Positions 50,926 through 61,365 of a stretch of 61,365 bases of DNA are shown here, one piece after another. How positions within the stretch are numbered: the first letter of the stretch is position 1; each line of letters opens with the position of its first letter. Location: contig JAQGDQ010001120.1 in the NCBI GenBank assembly GCA_030141605.1, positions 1 to 61,365 on the forward strand, in the 5' to 3' direction. The position numbers were made by a program, and so were the translations under genes. This stretch comes from Tubiluchus corallicola (taxonomy: Eukaryota > Animalia > Priapulida). The notes under the pieces were generated by a model. That model was given only the letters and a program-made list of their open reading frames with translations. It had not been told where the DNA came from and made no database searches.

Positions 50926-53900
50926 AGACATAGACATAGACATAGAACATTTATTTTCTCCATTTGTTTGACATGACAAGTTTTTTTAAGTATTACTTAA
51001 TTATAGTAGTGGAGCAGGGCAGGGAAGGACCATAGGGTCATCTAGTCTCCTGCCCTGTCTAATAATTAAATTAGTATATTAAAAGTAAATGGTGAAACTG
51101 TGGATAACAAAATCAAATAGGAAAAAAATAATAATAATAAACAGTATAAATGAAAACAAAGTATAAATGAAAAACAGTATAAGTGAAAACAAAAAATAAT
51201 AAAGTTAGATGACACCAAAATCTAAACAAAACAATACAAGTAATTATGATTATTATATATATTTTCAAATAGGGGCCTTATTGACAGGGGATTTTGACTG
51301 TATGGAGAGATAAAATAAGTATCAAAAAAAAGTGTAATATAGAAAATTTAAGAGAAAAAGTAAGTATAAGAAAGAGCAACAATTACTTAGGAGATGAGAA
51401 GAAAAAAACACACTTGATAGCTTGCTTATTAGTTTTACAAGTTATGTATTACAGGTATATTCATTTAGTAAGAATTTTGTGTATTTTTTGGAAGCAGAAA
51501 ATAAGCTACCTTCAAAGGTATCTTTTGGCAACGAGTTCCATAATTTAACTCCTCGTGATTTTAAGCTATTGAAACCATGTCGGGTAAAAAATCCCTCCAC
51601 AAAATACTGTTCATTAGAAGCAGCTCTTGTGGAATAGGAATGTATATCAGAAACATTAGTGAAATATTCACTAAAAAGTTCGGGTAATAAACCAGCATTG
51701 AATTTATACATAAATTTGAACAACTCAAGATTGTAAATATCTCTTACTTTTAAAATTTTTAATTTTACGAACGATGGTGTAGCATGATCATATTTGCGAG
51801 CAAAAGTTATTAGTTTTACTATTTTGTTTTGTTGTGTCTGTATTAATTTTTGAGTTGATGCAAAAGCCGTACCCCATGTTAAGATGGAATATTGTAAATA
51901 AGGGAAAACTAGCGAATTATATAGAAGTTTCAGAATATATTGGTCAACGTAGTGCCTTACTTTTAAAATTATTCCAGTAATTCGACTTAATTTGTATGTT
52001 ATGTGTTTTATATGTGGTTCCCATGTTAATTTATTATCAATGAGTAGGCCCAAGTATTTGATGTTGTCTGTTTCTTCAATTTTGTGTTTGTTTATTATAA
52101 TATTAAATTTTGGATTATTAGCATTGTTAATTTGCTTATTGTTGATTATCATAAATTTGTTTTTTTTGTAGTTAATTGATAGCTGGTTTGCCCTCATCCA
52201 CAGGTCTATTTTTTTCATTTCGTCATTAACAGATTTTTGCAGATTATTTATATTGGAGTCAGACATGAACAAATTAGTGTCATCGGCAAATATTCGGGTT
52301 CGAAAGTTGCTGCATGTGGGAAGATCGTTAATATAAATTAAGAATAGAAGAGGTCCTAAATTAGAGCCTTGTGGCACTCCACACGATATGTGTTTATAGT
52401 CTGATGATACATTGTTAATAGATATGACTTGTTTTCTGTTAGTTAGATATGACTGAATTAGTTGCAAAGGTAGACCTCTGATGCCATAATGGTTTAATTT
52501 GGCTATTAGTATACTATGCTGTACGGTATCAAAAGCTTTTGATAAGTCTAAAAATATTCCGCAATTCAGTAATTTTTTGTCAGTGTCTAGAGAGATCGTG
52601 TCTATTAATTCGGATACAGCAAGGGCAGTTGAATAATTTTTTCTGAAACCAAACTGGTATTTACTTAGGATATTACTTTTCACAACAAACTGGTATAATC
52701 TCTTGTAAATTAGCCTCTCAAAAACTTTTGATACTGGTGATAAGAGAGATATTGGTCTGTAATTGCCAGGTTCATGTGGAGAGCCAGTTTTATATAAAGG
52801 AATAACTTTTGCTATTTTTAATATATTTGGAAAAGTTCCAGCATTAACCGATTTATTAAACAGTAATGTGAGTATTGGTGAAATAATTTGACTTGCAGAT
52901 TTAAAAAAAGATATTGGTATATTTTGTGGTCCTGGTGATTTGTTTGAATTAAGTGTGTTTAAAAGTGTGCATGTTTCATTTTCAGTAATAGGATTAATGA
53001 AAAAAGAATTTGGGTTAGGGTTTTTTAAAAAGTCAGTAAAATTAACGTTAGGTTTAGGTATTTTGGCAGCCATGTCAGGTCCTATATTTACAAAAAACTC
53101 ATTTAGTTTACTGGCAATATCATATGTATCTGTATAGTCCACATTATTTATTGTTAACTTACTTGGTGTTTGTCGTGTTTTTGGATCAGTTTTTATAATA
53201 CTGTTTATTGTTTCCCAAGTTTTTTTCATGTTATTCTTGTGTTTTTGCAATGTTTCAGTGTAATATTGTTTTTTTGATGATTCCTTGACATGATTTAATT
53301 TATTTGAGTAGGATTTGTAGTAGATTTGTTTGTATAAATTATTTGAGAGTTTGTGTGATTTGTAAAGACGTGATCTGGTTTTAAGACTATTTAAAATTCC
53401 TTTAGTGATCCATGGTTTTTGAAATGTAATAGTGTCTTTCCTAGACAGAGTTTGCAAAGGAAAATGATTATTAAACACATTGAAGAGTATTTCCTTAAAT
53501 TTGCTAAATCCCTCATTAGTTTCCAAGTCATTAAAATTTATTTTGGCTAATTCTAGCTGCAGGTTATTTAAAAAATTTTGTTCAGTTGAATTTTTAAAAT
53601 TTCTTGTGGTGATTTTGTTGGATTTCATTTTCAGTTTAGTATGCTTTATAATTGCAAATATAGGAAGATGGTCGGCTACTTGATAAAGCAAAATTCCAGG
53701 TGTTACGTGGTTGGTGAGGTCATTTGTATAAATATGATCAATGAGTGTATTAGTGTGATGAGTTATTCTTGTTGGTTTAGTTATAATTGGCACAAAATTA
53801 TTAGAGAATAACATGTTTGTATAATTTGTCACTGAGGTTTTGCTGTCACTATGTAGTAAGTTAATATTTATGTCACCGCATATATAGCAAAATTTGTTAG

Positions 53901-54356
53901 TTCTGTTAATTAAAGATAATTTGCTTTCTAGTTCTTCATGAAATTCTTCAAGGTTAGTATTTGGGTGCCTGTAGATGACTCCAAATAAAATGTTTTTGAT
54001 GTTGGGTGGAGTTTCTATTTCAATCCACATATTCTCCAGTTGCATACGGTTTGTGGAGCCATTTTTACAGTCTGAGTTGTGTATTTTGTATTTAGGCATT
54101 TCTGAAAAAATTACAGAGTTTCTGATATACAATCCCACACCACCTGCATTGGTTGTAGAATCGTCACGAATAAATTGATACCCAGGTAAGGGTGTGAGAA
54201 AAATATGATCTTTTTTTAAACGGGTTTCACTTAATGCTATAATGTCAGGAGGGTTTTGAAAGTGTAAAAGAACGTCTAACATACTAGTGTAATTTTTGTT
54301 TATACTACTGACATTAAAATGCACAAAAGTGAAATCCTTACTGGTATTTGCTAAGT
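50924..54356 (-). mobile_element. CR1/L2-group LINE, probably 5'-truncated just upstream of the APE domain
   Basis: ORF2, about 500 nt of 3' UTR with a GC-rich stem (51014-51058) and a (TCTATG)3 tail at 50924-50946. No ORF1 seen. CAT-repeat DNA lies on both sides. Confidence 0.85.
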
Positions 54357-54501
54357 CATCTTCATCATCATCATCATCATCCTGATCATCATGGTCATCA
54401 TCATCATCATGATCACTGTCATCGCCATCGTCAACATCATTAATAGTGCAAGGTGAACATAAAAATGTGAGGAGTCCCTTGCACTCCAGCTCTTGCAACA
54501 T
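51442..54501 (-). CDS. Non-LTR retrotransposon ORF2: APE endonuclease + reverse transcriptase (CR1/L2 group)
   Basis: APE motifs IALSETRL, GGVGLYI, ICGDININLL, TLIDHIYTN, DHLPIF; RT motifs NYRPISLL, FLDLSKAFDTV, GVPQGSNLGPLLFLIYINDL, FADDT. No stops over 1019 codons. Confidence 0.95.
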   Translation of the reverse strand: MLQELECKGLLTFLCSPCTINDVDDGDDSDHDDDDDHDDQDDDDDDEDDLANTSKDFTFVHFNVSSINKNYTSMLDVLLHFQNPPDIIALSETRLKKDHIFLTPLPGYQFIRDDSTTNAGGVGLYIRNSVIFSEMPKYKIHNSDCKNGSTNRMQLENMWIEIETPPNIKNILFGVIYRHPNTNLEEFHEELESKLSLINRTNKFCYICGDININLLHSDSKTSVTNYTNMLFSNNFVPIITKPTRITHHTNTLIDHIYTNDLTNHVTPGILLYQVADHLPIFAIIKHTKLKMKSNKITTRNFKNSTEQNFLNNLQLELAKINFNDLETNEGFSKFKEILFNVFNNHFPLQTLSRKDTITFQKPWITKGILNSLKTRSRLYKSHKLSNNLYKQIYYKSYSNKLNHVKESSKKQYYTETLQKHKNNMKKTWETINSIIKTDPKTRQTPSKLTINNVDYTDTYDIASKLNEFFVNIGPDMAAKIPKPNVNFTDFLKNPNPNSFFINPITENETCTLLNTLNSNKSPGPQNIPISFFKSASQIISPILTLLFNKSVNAGTFPNILKIAKVIPLYKTGSPHEPGNYRPISLLSPVSKVFERLIYKRLYQFVVKSNILSKYQFGFRKNYSTALAVSELIDTISLDTDKKLLNCGIFLDLSKAFDTVQHSILIAKLNHYGIRGLPLQLIQSYLTNRKQVISINNVSSDYKHISCGVPQGSNLGPLLFLIYINDLPTCSNFRTRIFADDTNLFMSDSNINNLQKSVNDEMKKIDLWMRANQLSINYKKNKFMIINNKQINNANNPKFNIIINKHKIEETDNIKYLGLLIDNKLTWEPHIKHITYKLSRITGIILKVRHYVDQYILKLLYNSLVFPYLQYSILTWGTAFASTQKLIQTQQNKIVKLITFARKYDHATPSFVKLKILKVRDIYNLELFKFMYKFNAGLLPELFSEYFTNVSDIHSYSTRAASNEQYFVEGFFTRHGFNSLKSRGVKLWNSLPKDTFEGSLFSASKKYTKFLLNEYTCNT

Positions 54502-54575
54502 TCTGATAATTGTGCAATTTATTCAGCTTTATTCATGATAAAGTGGGTCTGAATCAACTATTTCTGAATTACAAA

Positions 54576-54747
54576 TCCAGTGTCTTGACTGCTAGGCTGC
54601 ATCAGCAGCACTTGTCAGTCCAGTGTCTTGACTGCTAGGCTGCATCAGCACACTTGTCAGTCCAGTGTCTTGACTGCTAGGCTGCATCAGCAACACTTGT
54701 CAGTCCAGTGTCTTGACTGCTAGGCTGCATCAGCAACACTTGTCAGT
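54576..54747. repeat. 42-43-bp tandem repeat, 4 copies
   Basis: tccagtgtcttgactgctaggctgcatcagcaacacttgtcag. Confidence 0.95.
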
Positions 54748-55277
54748 CGACTGTCAAAAAACGGGGCTTGTAAGTTCAATTTATAAAAGAGGTGCTTTGC
54801 TCAAATCTAGAGTCACACTTCCTCTTTTTCACTCAGTTTTCACAAAATTCAATAAGTGTAGGTATCCTAGCAACCTAAAATTACCATTACATATTCTCAG
54901 TGCAGACCCAGTATTAACAAACAATTAAAATACATACAATATGAATGGTGCATTATCATACAGTTAAGATTTGCAACCTTCCCTTCAACAAGCGCTCAAC
55001 TTACTCGCTAGCGAGGTGACAGACGAAGTGAAAAAATGAGAGGACGCCGAGGGAGAAGCCATGCTGAGAGATTGACGAATGAAGCCATAAGTTAAGGTGC
55101 GCCAGGGAATCCAAGGTAAATGAGATGAATGAAGCCAGGCCTAGAGTTGACGGATGGAGCTAGGCAACACTGGCATATCTAACAGATAAATGAAGCCTCT
55201 CGTAAGCAATTATCAAGCAATGTCAGCACAAATTAAGGATGCTCAATATCGTCGACTATAAGAATTTAATATTTGAT

Positions 55278-55822
55278 GCCTTGCATGCAGCTTAGAGGCT
55301 TGGCTGTCTGCACTTCTAGCTGTTTAAACAACTGACTACCCTACATGCAGCTTAGAAGTTGGGTTGTGTGCATTTCTAATTGTGTGAAGGACAGACTGCC
55401 TTGCATGCAGCGTAGAAGCTGGGTTGTGTGAATTTCTAATTGCGTGAAGGACAGACTGCCTTGCATGCAGCGTAGAAGCTGGGTTGTGTGAATTTCTAAT
55501 TGTGTGAAGGACAGACTGCCTTGCATGCAACGTAGAAGCTGGGTTGTGTGAATTTCTAATTGTGTGAAGGACAGACTGCCTTGCATGCAACGCAGAAGCT
55601 GGGTTGTGTGAATTTCTAATTGCGTGAAGGACAGACTGCCTTGCATGCAGCGTAGAAGCTGGGTTGTGTGAATTTCTAATTGTGTGTAGAACAGACTGCC
55701 TTGCATGCAGCTTAGAAGCTGGGTTGTGTGAATTTCTAAGTGCGTGAAGGACAGACTGCCTTGTATGCAACGTAGAAGCTGGGTTGTGTGAATTTCTGAT
55801 TGTGTGAAGGACCGACTGCCTT
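55278..55822. repeat. 60-bp tandem repeat, about 9 copies
   Basis: gccttgcatgcagcgtagaagctgggttgtgtgaatttctaattgtgtgaaggacagact. Confidence 0.95.
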
Positions 55823-56589
55823 ATTAAAACTCTTCATAAGGGTAAGTGAGAGGCATAATATTAAAAACAAAAGATGCACACGTCTATTTTCTGTACAAAG
55901 CTGTTATAGTATTTTTATTGCCATGTATTAAACGTATGGAAAGCCAAGTCAAAGTAAAAGAAGCATAAATTCTGCGCTGTATGAGACAAAATTAGTCCTT
56001 AATTTAAACACCTAAACTGGAGCGCCGCGGAAATTGCTGAACAGAATCTGACACTGCCTACAGATTCCAACCGGCGCCAATCTTCTAAATGAAATGATCT
56101 AAAGGTCCTTTCACACAAATCAACAATGAGAAGCCAGACCCTCAATAAAACTTAACTTCATTACAATCATCGCCTGCTTTACGCATTCATAATAGCATCA
56201 AGTGATTGCAATAAAACTCCTGGCGGTCTCTTAGGTATATAGTTGTGATAGTTACTACTTAAGTGCATTCATAATACCTTGGATCGGTTCAATTAGAACG
56301 ACTCCCCCAGGACGTGCGTGGCTAGGCTCCACTGCCTACTAGCATGACTGATGTCTCTAATTTATTAGCGCTGGTGCTGAGCACATGAAAGCAATTAGCT
56401 ATTCATTCTGCCACAGCCTTGCAGAATCTACTATATTTGCTCTACGGTCACGGCAAATAACTTCGGTAAACATCGTAGATCAACTCATATTTGATTATTG
56501 TTTGCGAAAGCTATATCGTTATCTTGGCTTATGACTGTTAGATGACAAGACGCTAGACTCAAGTCGTATAATAAGCATATTACGTTTCT

Positions 56590-58296
56590 CTGCTAAATTA
56601 GTTGCGTTAATATAGGTTACCGTTGACGACTGTTATTGCTTCTGTTATGGCTGATGATGACGACGACGATGTTGTTGATGATGATGATCAAGATGATGAT
56701 GATGCTGATGATGACTGTGGTGATAAAGATGATGATGACAATGATGATGATGATCGCCATGGCGATTATGTGATGATAAAGATGATGGTGATGATGCTGA
56801 TGCTGATGATGACGATGACCATGGTGATGACGATGACGACGACGATGTTGTTGATGATGATGGTGGTTGTGTTGATAAAGATGATGATGATCACCATGGT
56901 GATGATGATGATGATGACCATGCTGATGATGATGATGACGATGACGACGACGATGTTGTTGATGATGATGATGGTGGTGTCAACGACAATGTTGCTACTG
57001 CAGTTTATATATTTATTTTATCCTGCTAAATTAGTTGCGTTAATATAGGTTACCGTTGACGACTGTTATTGCTTCTGTTATGGCTGATGATGATGACGAC
57101 GACGATGTTGTTGATGATGATGATGATGATGATTGCTGTGGTGATAAAGATGATGATGACAATGATGATGATGATCGCCATGGTGATTATGTGATGATAA
57201 AGATGATGATAATGATGACCATGGTGATGATGCTGATGCTGATGATGACGATGACCATGGTGATGACGATGACGACGACGATGTTGTTGTTGATGATGAT
57301 GATGGTGATGATGATGACCATGGTGATGATGATGATGATGATGACGACGACGATGTTGTTGATGATGATGATGGTGGTGTCAACGACAATGTTGCTACAG
57401 CAGTTTATATATTTATTTTCTCCTGCTAAATTAGTTGCGTTAATATAGGTTACCGTTGACGACTGTTATTGCTTCTGTTATGGCTGATGATGACGACGAC
57501 GATGTTGTTGATGATGATGATCAAGATGATGATGATGCTGATGATGACTGTGGTGATAAAGATGATGATGATCGCCATGGCGATTATGTGATGATAAAGA
57601 TGATGGTGATGATGCTGATGCTGATGATGACGATGACCATGGTGATGACGATGACGACGACGATGTTGTTGATGATGATGGTGGTTGTGTTGATAAAGAT
57701 GATGATGATCACCATGGTGATGATGATGATGATGACCATGCTGATGATGATGATGACGATGACGACGACGATGTTGTTGATGATGATGATGGTGGTGTCA
57801 ACGACAATGTTGCTACTGCAGTTTATATATTTATTTTATCCTGCTAAATTAGTTGCGTTAATATAGGTTACCGTTGACGACTGTTATTGCTTCTGTTATG
57901 GCTGATGATGATGACGACGACGATGTTGTTGATGATGATGATGATTGCTGTGGTGATAAAGATGATGATGACAATGATGATGATGATCGCCATGGTGATT
58001 ATGTGATGATAAAGATGATGATAATGATGACCATGGTGATGATGCTGATGCTGATGATGACGATGACCATGGTGATGACGATGACGACGACGATGTTGTT
58101 GTTGATGATGATGATGGTGATGATGATGACCATGGTGATGATGATGATGATGATGACGACGACGATGTTGTTGATGATGATGATGGTGGTGTCAACGACA
58201 ATGTTGCTACAGCAGTTTATATATTTATTTTCTCCTGCTAAATTAGTTGCGTTAATATAGGTTACCGTTGACGACTGTTATTGCTTCTGTTATGGC
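56590..58296. repeat. Four ~400-430-bp tandem units, each a unique spacer plus (GAT/GAC)n block
   Basis: Spacer ctgctaaattagttgcgttaatataggttaccgttgacgactg... at 56590, 57023, 57423, 57841 and 58235. Confidence 0.95.
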
Positions 58297-58496
58297 AATA
58301 ACGTGCAAGAGTAATTATCTAACTAATTAACGAGGAATATGCGCTACCTGATGCATTCCTTAAGACTTAGTACTCCAGCAGCCACAAGTTTTAGTTAACG
58401 TGTGTACTTGCGGCAGTACCAAAATCTAACTGACTTTCAAAGGTAAATTTCTAAGTTGAAATACTCAACTAGCAGACATATCCCAATCACATTTTC

Positions 58497-58567
58497 ATGT
58501 GTGCGTGTGTGTGTGTATATGTGTGTGTGTGTATGTGTGTGAGCGCATGTGTGAGTGGGTGCATGCA

Positions 58568-58601
<34 letters not shown>

Positions 58602-58775
58602 CATGCATGTGTGTATGTGTGTGTGGGTGTATGCATGTGTGTATGTGTGTGTGTGGGTGCATGCATGTGTGTATGTGTGTGTGGGTGCATGCATGTGTGT
58701 ATGTGTGTGTGTGTGTGTGTGTGAGTGCATGCAATTGTGTGTGTGTGCATGTGTGTATGTGTGTGTGGGTGAATG

Positions 58776-58811
<36 letters not shown>

Positions 58812-58861
58812 TGCATGCAATTGTGTGTGTGTGCATGTGTGTATGTGTGTGTGGGTGAATG

Positions 58862-58898
<37 letters not shown>

Positions 58899-58955
58899 AT
58901 ACGTGAAGTGTGTGTGCATGAGCATGCATACATCCGTCCATGTGTGTGTGTGTGT
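58497..58955. repeat. Complex (GT)n/TGCATG microsatellite
   Basis: Direct observation. Confidence 0.95.
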
Positions 58956-59834
58956 CCTTCAGGTAGAACACCAGGTGAAACTACCTAGCACAAAATTTCC
59001 TCGCAGGCATTCATCTATTTACTGACCAGGCTTAGCAGCACTTAACTTCATTTCCCAAACACATACTATGACCACTTGGCTATTTCTTCAGTTTAAAAAT
59101 CTGAACGAACCTGCACTGAAATTAAACGTATGGGCGACTACTAATTGACCAAAGTAAAAAATCAATAAAAATATTTTTGACTTCGATTTAAACATACGTC
59201 TACTAGCTGAACATCTAACAGAAACTTGTTGGCATGTCTTATTAATTGAGTTGACATTAGCAGCAATGCAACCTTATACCCTTACATAAGTAGCTTTCCG
59301 ATAATCTTGTCAAACTGTGGTCCTATGTCTAACATATTGACACGTCAAACACGAACAGTTGACAGCTTGATAGACTGAGTTTAGAATGAAGCCAGACAAG
59401 TGCAGAAGGAGAATTAATAACTTCACAAAACATGTGCATTTTCAATTTCAGAAACATTTTTACACATGATTAAAACATTCTTAAACAATAAAAACCAAGA
59501 AACTGCCACCAAAATTATAGGGTAGCCAATTTATGGGCTGAGATGAAAAGCCGACTGGTCATGGCGTGTGCTTAGCAATCTAAATTAAGCAATTCAAAGT
59601 TGTTCAGTGAACGGATGAGTGGCTGCCCAGGTTCTATACTCGCCCAGGGTGGTTTCGTACACTATAGTGATACCTCCATTGGTTCAGTGACTCCTCTTAG
59701 AGGATTAGCCTTAACAGGGAGCCAGAATGTGGTTTTAAACTATTAATGACACCACAGCCAGAAATAATAATACAATACACTAAAATGTATAAATGTTTAA
59801 TGTTTATAGTTAAAAATAACACAATTTTATTAAA

Positions 59835-61365
59835 AACTTTTACATGAAAAAGTTAAAAGTTAAAATCATGCCAATTGTTTCGGCTAACTGTTGCTGTAGT
59901 CATCATCAATGGTAAATTTACAAACGTACAAGCAGTTTATATAATCAGAGCCTATAATACACTAATTAAGTAATTAACTAAGTAAGTAATAATTAGTACT
60001 AATTAAGTACTTAACTAACTAAGTAAGTAATAATTAGACCAGTAAAGAAATTAAAACAGTAGCTTAAAGTTTATGTTAATTTTAACTTTTTAATGTAAAA
60101 GTTTTTAATAAAGCTGTGTTTTTTTTTAATTATAAATGTTATTATATGCCTGTAATAAAATTGCTTTTTAATATCCATTATGATGTTATAATTATTACAT
60201 AATTAAAACACATATTTAAGAACACTAATTGTCAGCAAATTTCAATCAAATTTACACTCAGCATCATCATCAGCTTCAGCAACAACCTTTTCGTCCATGT
60301 TTACGACAACCTCCGGAACTTTTTGCACCTCTTAAGTTAATGTTTCAGTAAATGGATTATAGCTGGCCAATTTAGATGCAATTCTGACATGGTAGAATAG
60401 GTTTGTCAACCCATTTCAATTTGCCTGAGTTGGAATAAGTGATGCTGCGTGGCCCTAATGTGTTATTAAGTTGCAATATAAACCATTTTATATTATGCGT
60501 ATCATATACGACTCATAAACGCCCCTAATTGATAATTGCATTCTCAGATGGAAGTAGCGCTAAGCACGCCATCTATAAATATCGCAATATTGTATCGCAT
60601 TTGCCTTCATCTGAGAATTTAATTTAACAATTACCGGCGACGATTAATATCGATGCACGAAGACAAGGAGACGAAACCTTCGTCGTGTCAACCCACCTTG
60701 ATTACTTAGACCTGTCAGCACTTCTCATTAACGCCTGTCCGCGATGTCTGCCACTTTAATTGCACGGTACTTGATGGAATTATCCCTGCTTCGGCGGTAA
60801 TCATTCCATCCTGCAAGAGAGATGATTCGACTTGAGTCGACCGAATTTACGCAAACTGAAAGCATCTCGACTTGCATTAGATAAGTAACAAAAATTCCCG
60901 GGTTGTCGTAAACATGGACGAAAGGTTGTTGCTGAAGCTGATGATGATGCTGGTCATAAGTGATTTGAGGTACTGACAATTAGTGTTCTTAAATATGTGT
61001 TTTAATTATGTAATAATTATAACATCATAATGGATATTAAAAAGCAATTTTATTACAGGCATATAAGCAACATTTATAATTAAAAAAACACAACTTTATT
61101 AAAAACTTTTACATTAAAAAGTTAAAATTAACATAAACTTTAAGCTACTGTTTTAATTTCTTTACTGGTCTAATTATTACTTACTTAATTCAAATACTTA
61201 AGTGAACTAATTATTACTTACTTAGTTAATTACTTAATTAACATTATAGGCTCTGATTATATAAACTGCTATTGCGTTTGTAGAGTTTACCATTGATGAC
61301 TGACAACAACAATTAGCAGAAATTAATTGTATGATTTTAACTTTTAACTTTTTAATGTAAAAGTT
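59835..61365. repeat. Long inverted repeat (arms ~59835-60325 and ~60889-61365+, spacer ~560 bp)
   Basis: For example cagcatcatcatcagcttcagcaacaacctttt (60259) versus aaaggttgttgctgaagctgatgatgatgctg (60921); the match continues to the window edge. Confidence 0.9.

Noticed and set aside
49970-50979. His/Ser/Ile/Met-rich ORFs suggesting a metal-binding protein (also 56623-58260)
   Set aside because: Open in several frames on both strands because of the trinucleotide repeat; internal duplications shift frame.
60728-60811. WNDYR peptide reminiscent of Cys-loop receptors
   Set aside because: The following residues do not fit WxDxRLxW and the frame stops after about 26 codons.
45489-61365. SUGCT, which I recall is head-to-head with MPLKIP in human
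   Set aside because: No exon with CoA-transferase III motifs (LDLTRVLAGP) was seen.

Overview
AT-rich invertebrate animal genomic DNA with spliceosomal introns; no prokaryotic features are present. Three protein-coding genes could be assembled by hand with GT-AG junctions and consistent phases. (1) The first three coding exons of NCKAP1/Hem-2 lie on the minus strand (6729->1070) and continue off the left edge. (2) A complete nine-coding-exon CDK12/13 kinase lies on the plus strand (14547-30982, 1685 aa), head-to-head with NCKAP1. (3) A two-coding-exon MPLKIP/TTDN1-like gene lies on the minus strand (42203->37738, 188 aa), tail-to-tail with CDK12/13, the arrangement I recall for human CDK13-MPLKIP. 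The window also holds a CR1/L2-group LINE with an uninterrupted 1019-aa endonuclease+RT frame whose acidic N-terminus appears to come from the flanking host repeat. There are several RTE and CR1/L2 remnants, hAT, pogo and piggyBac-type MITEs, and many unrelated minisatellites covering roughly a quarter of the window. The most unusual pattern is that several arrays start at, or are built from, 5' splice sites, so real donors are followed by tens of tandem copies of themselves.
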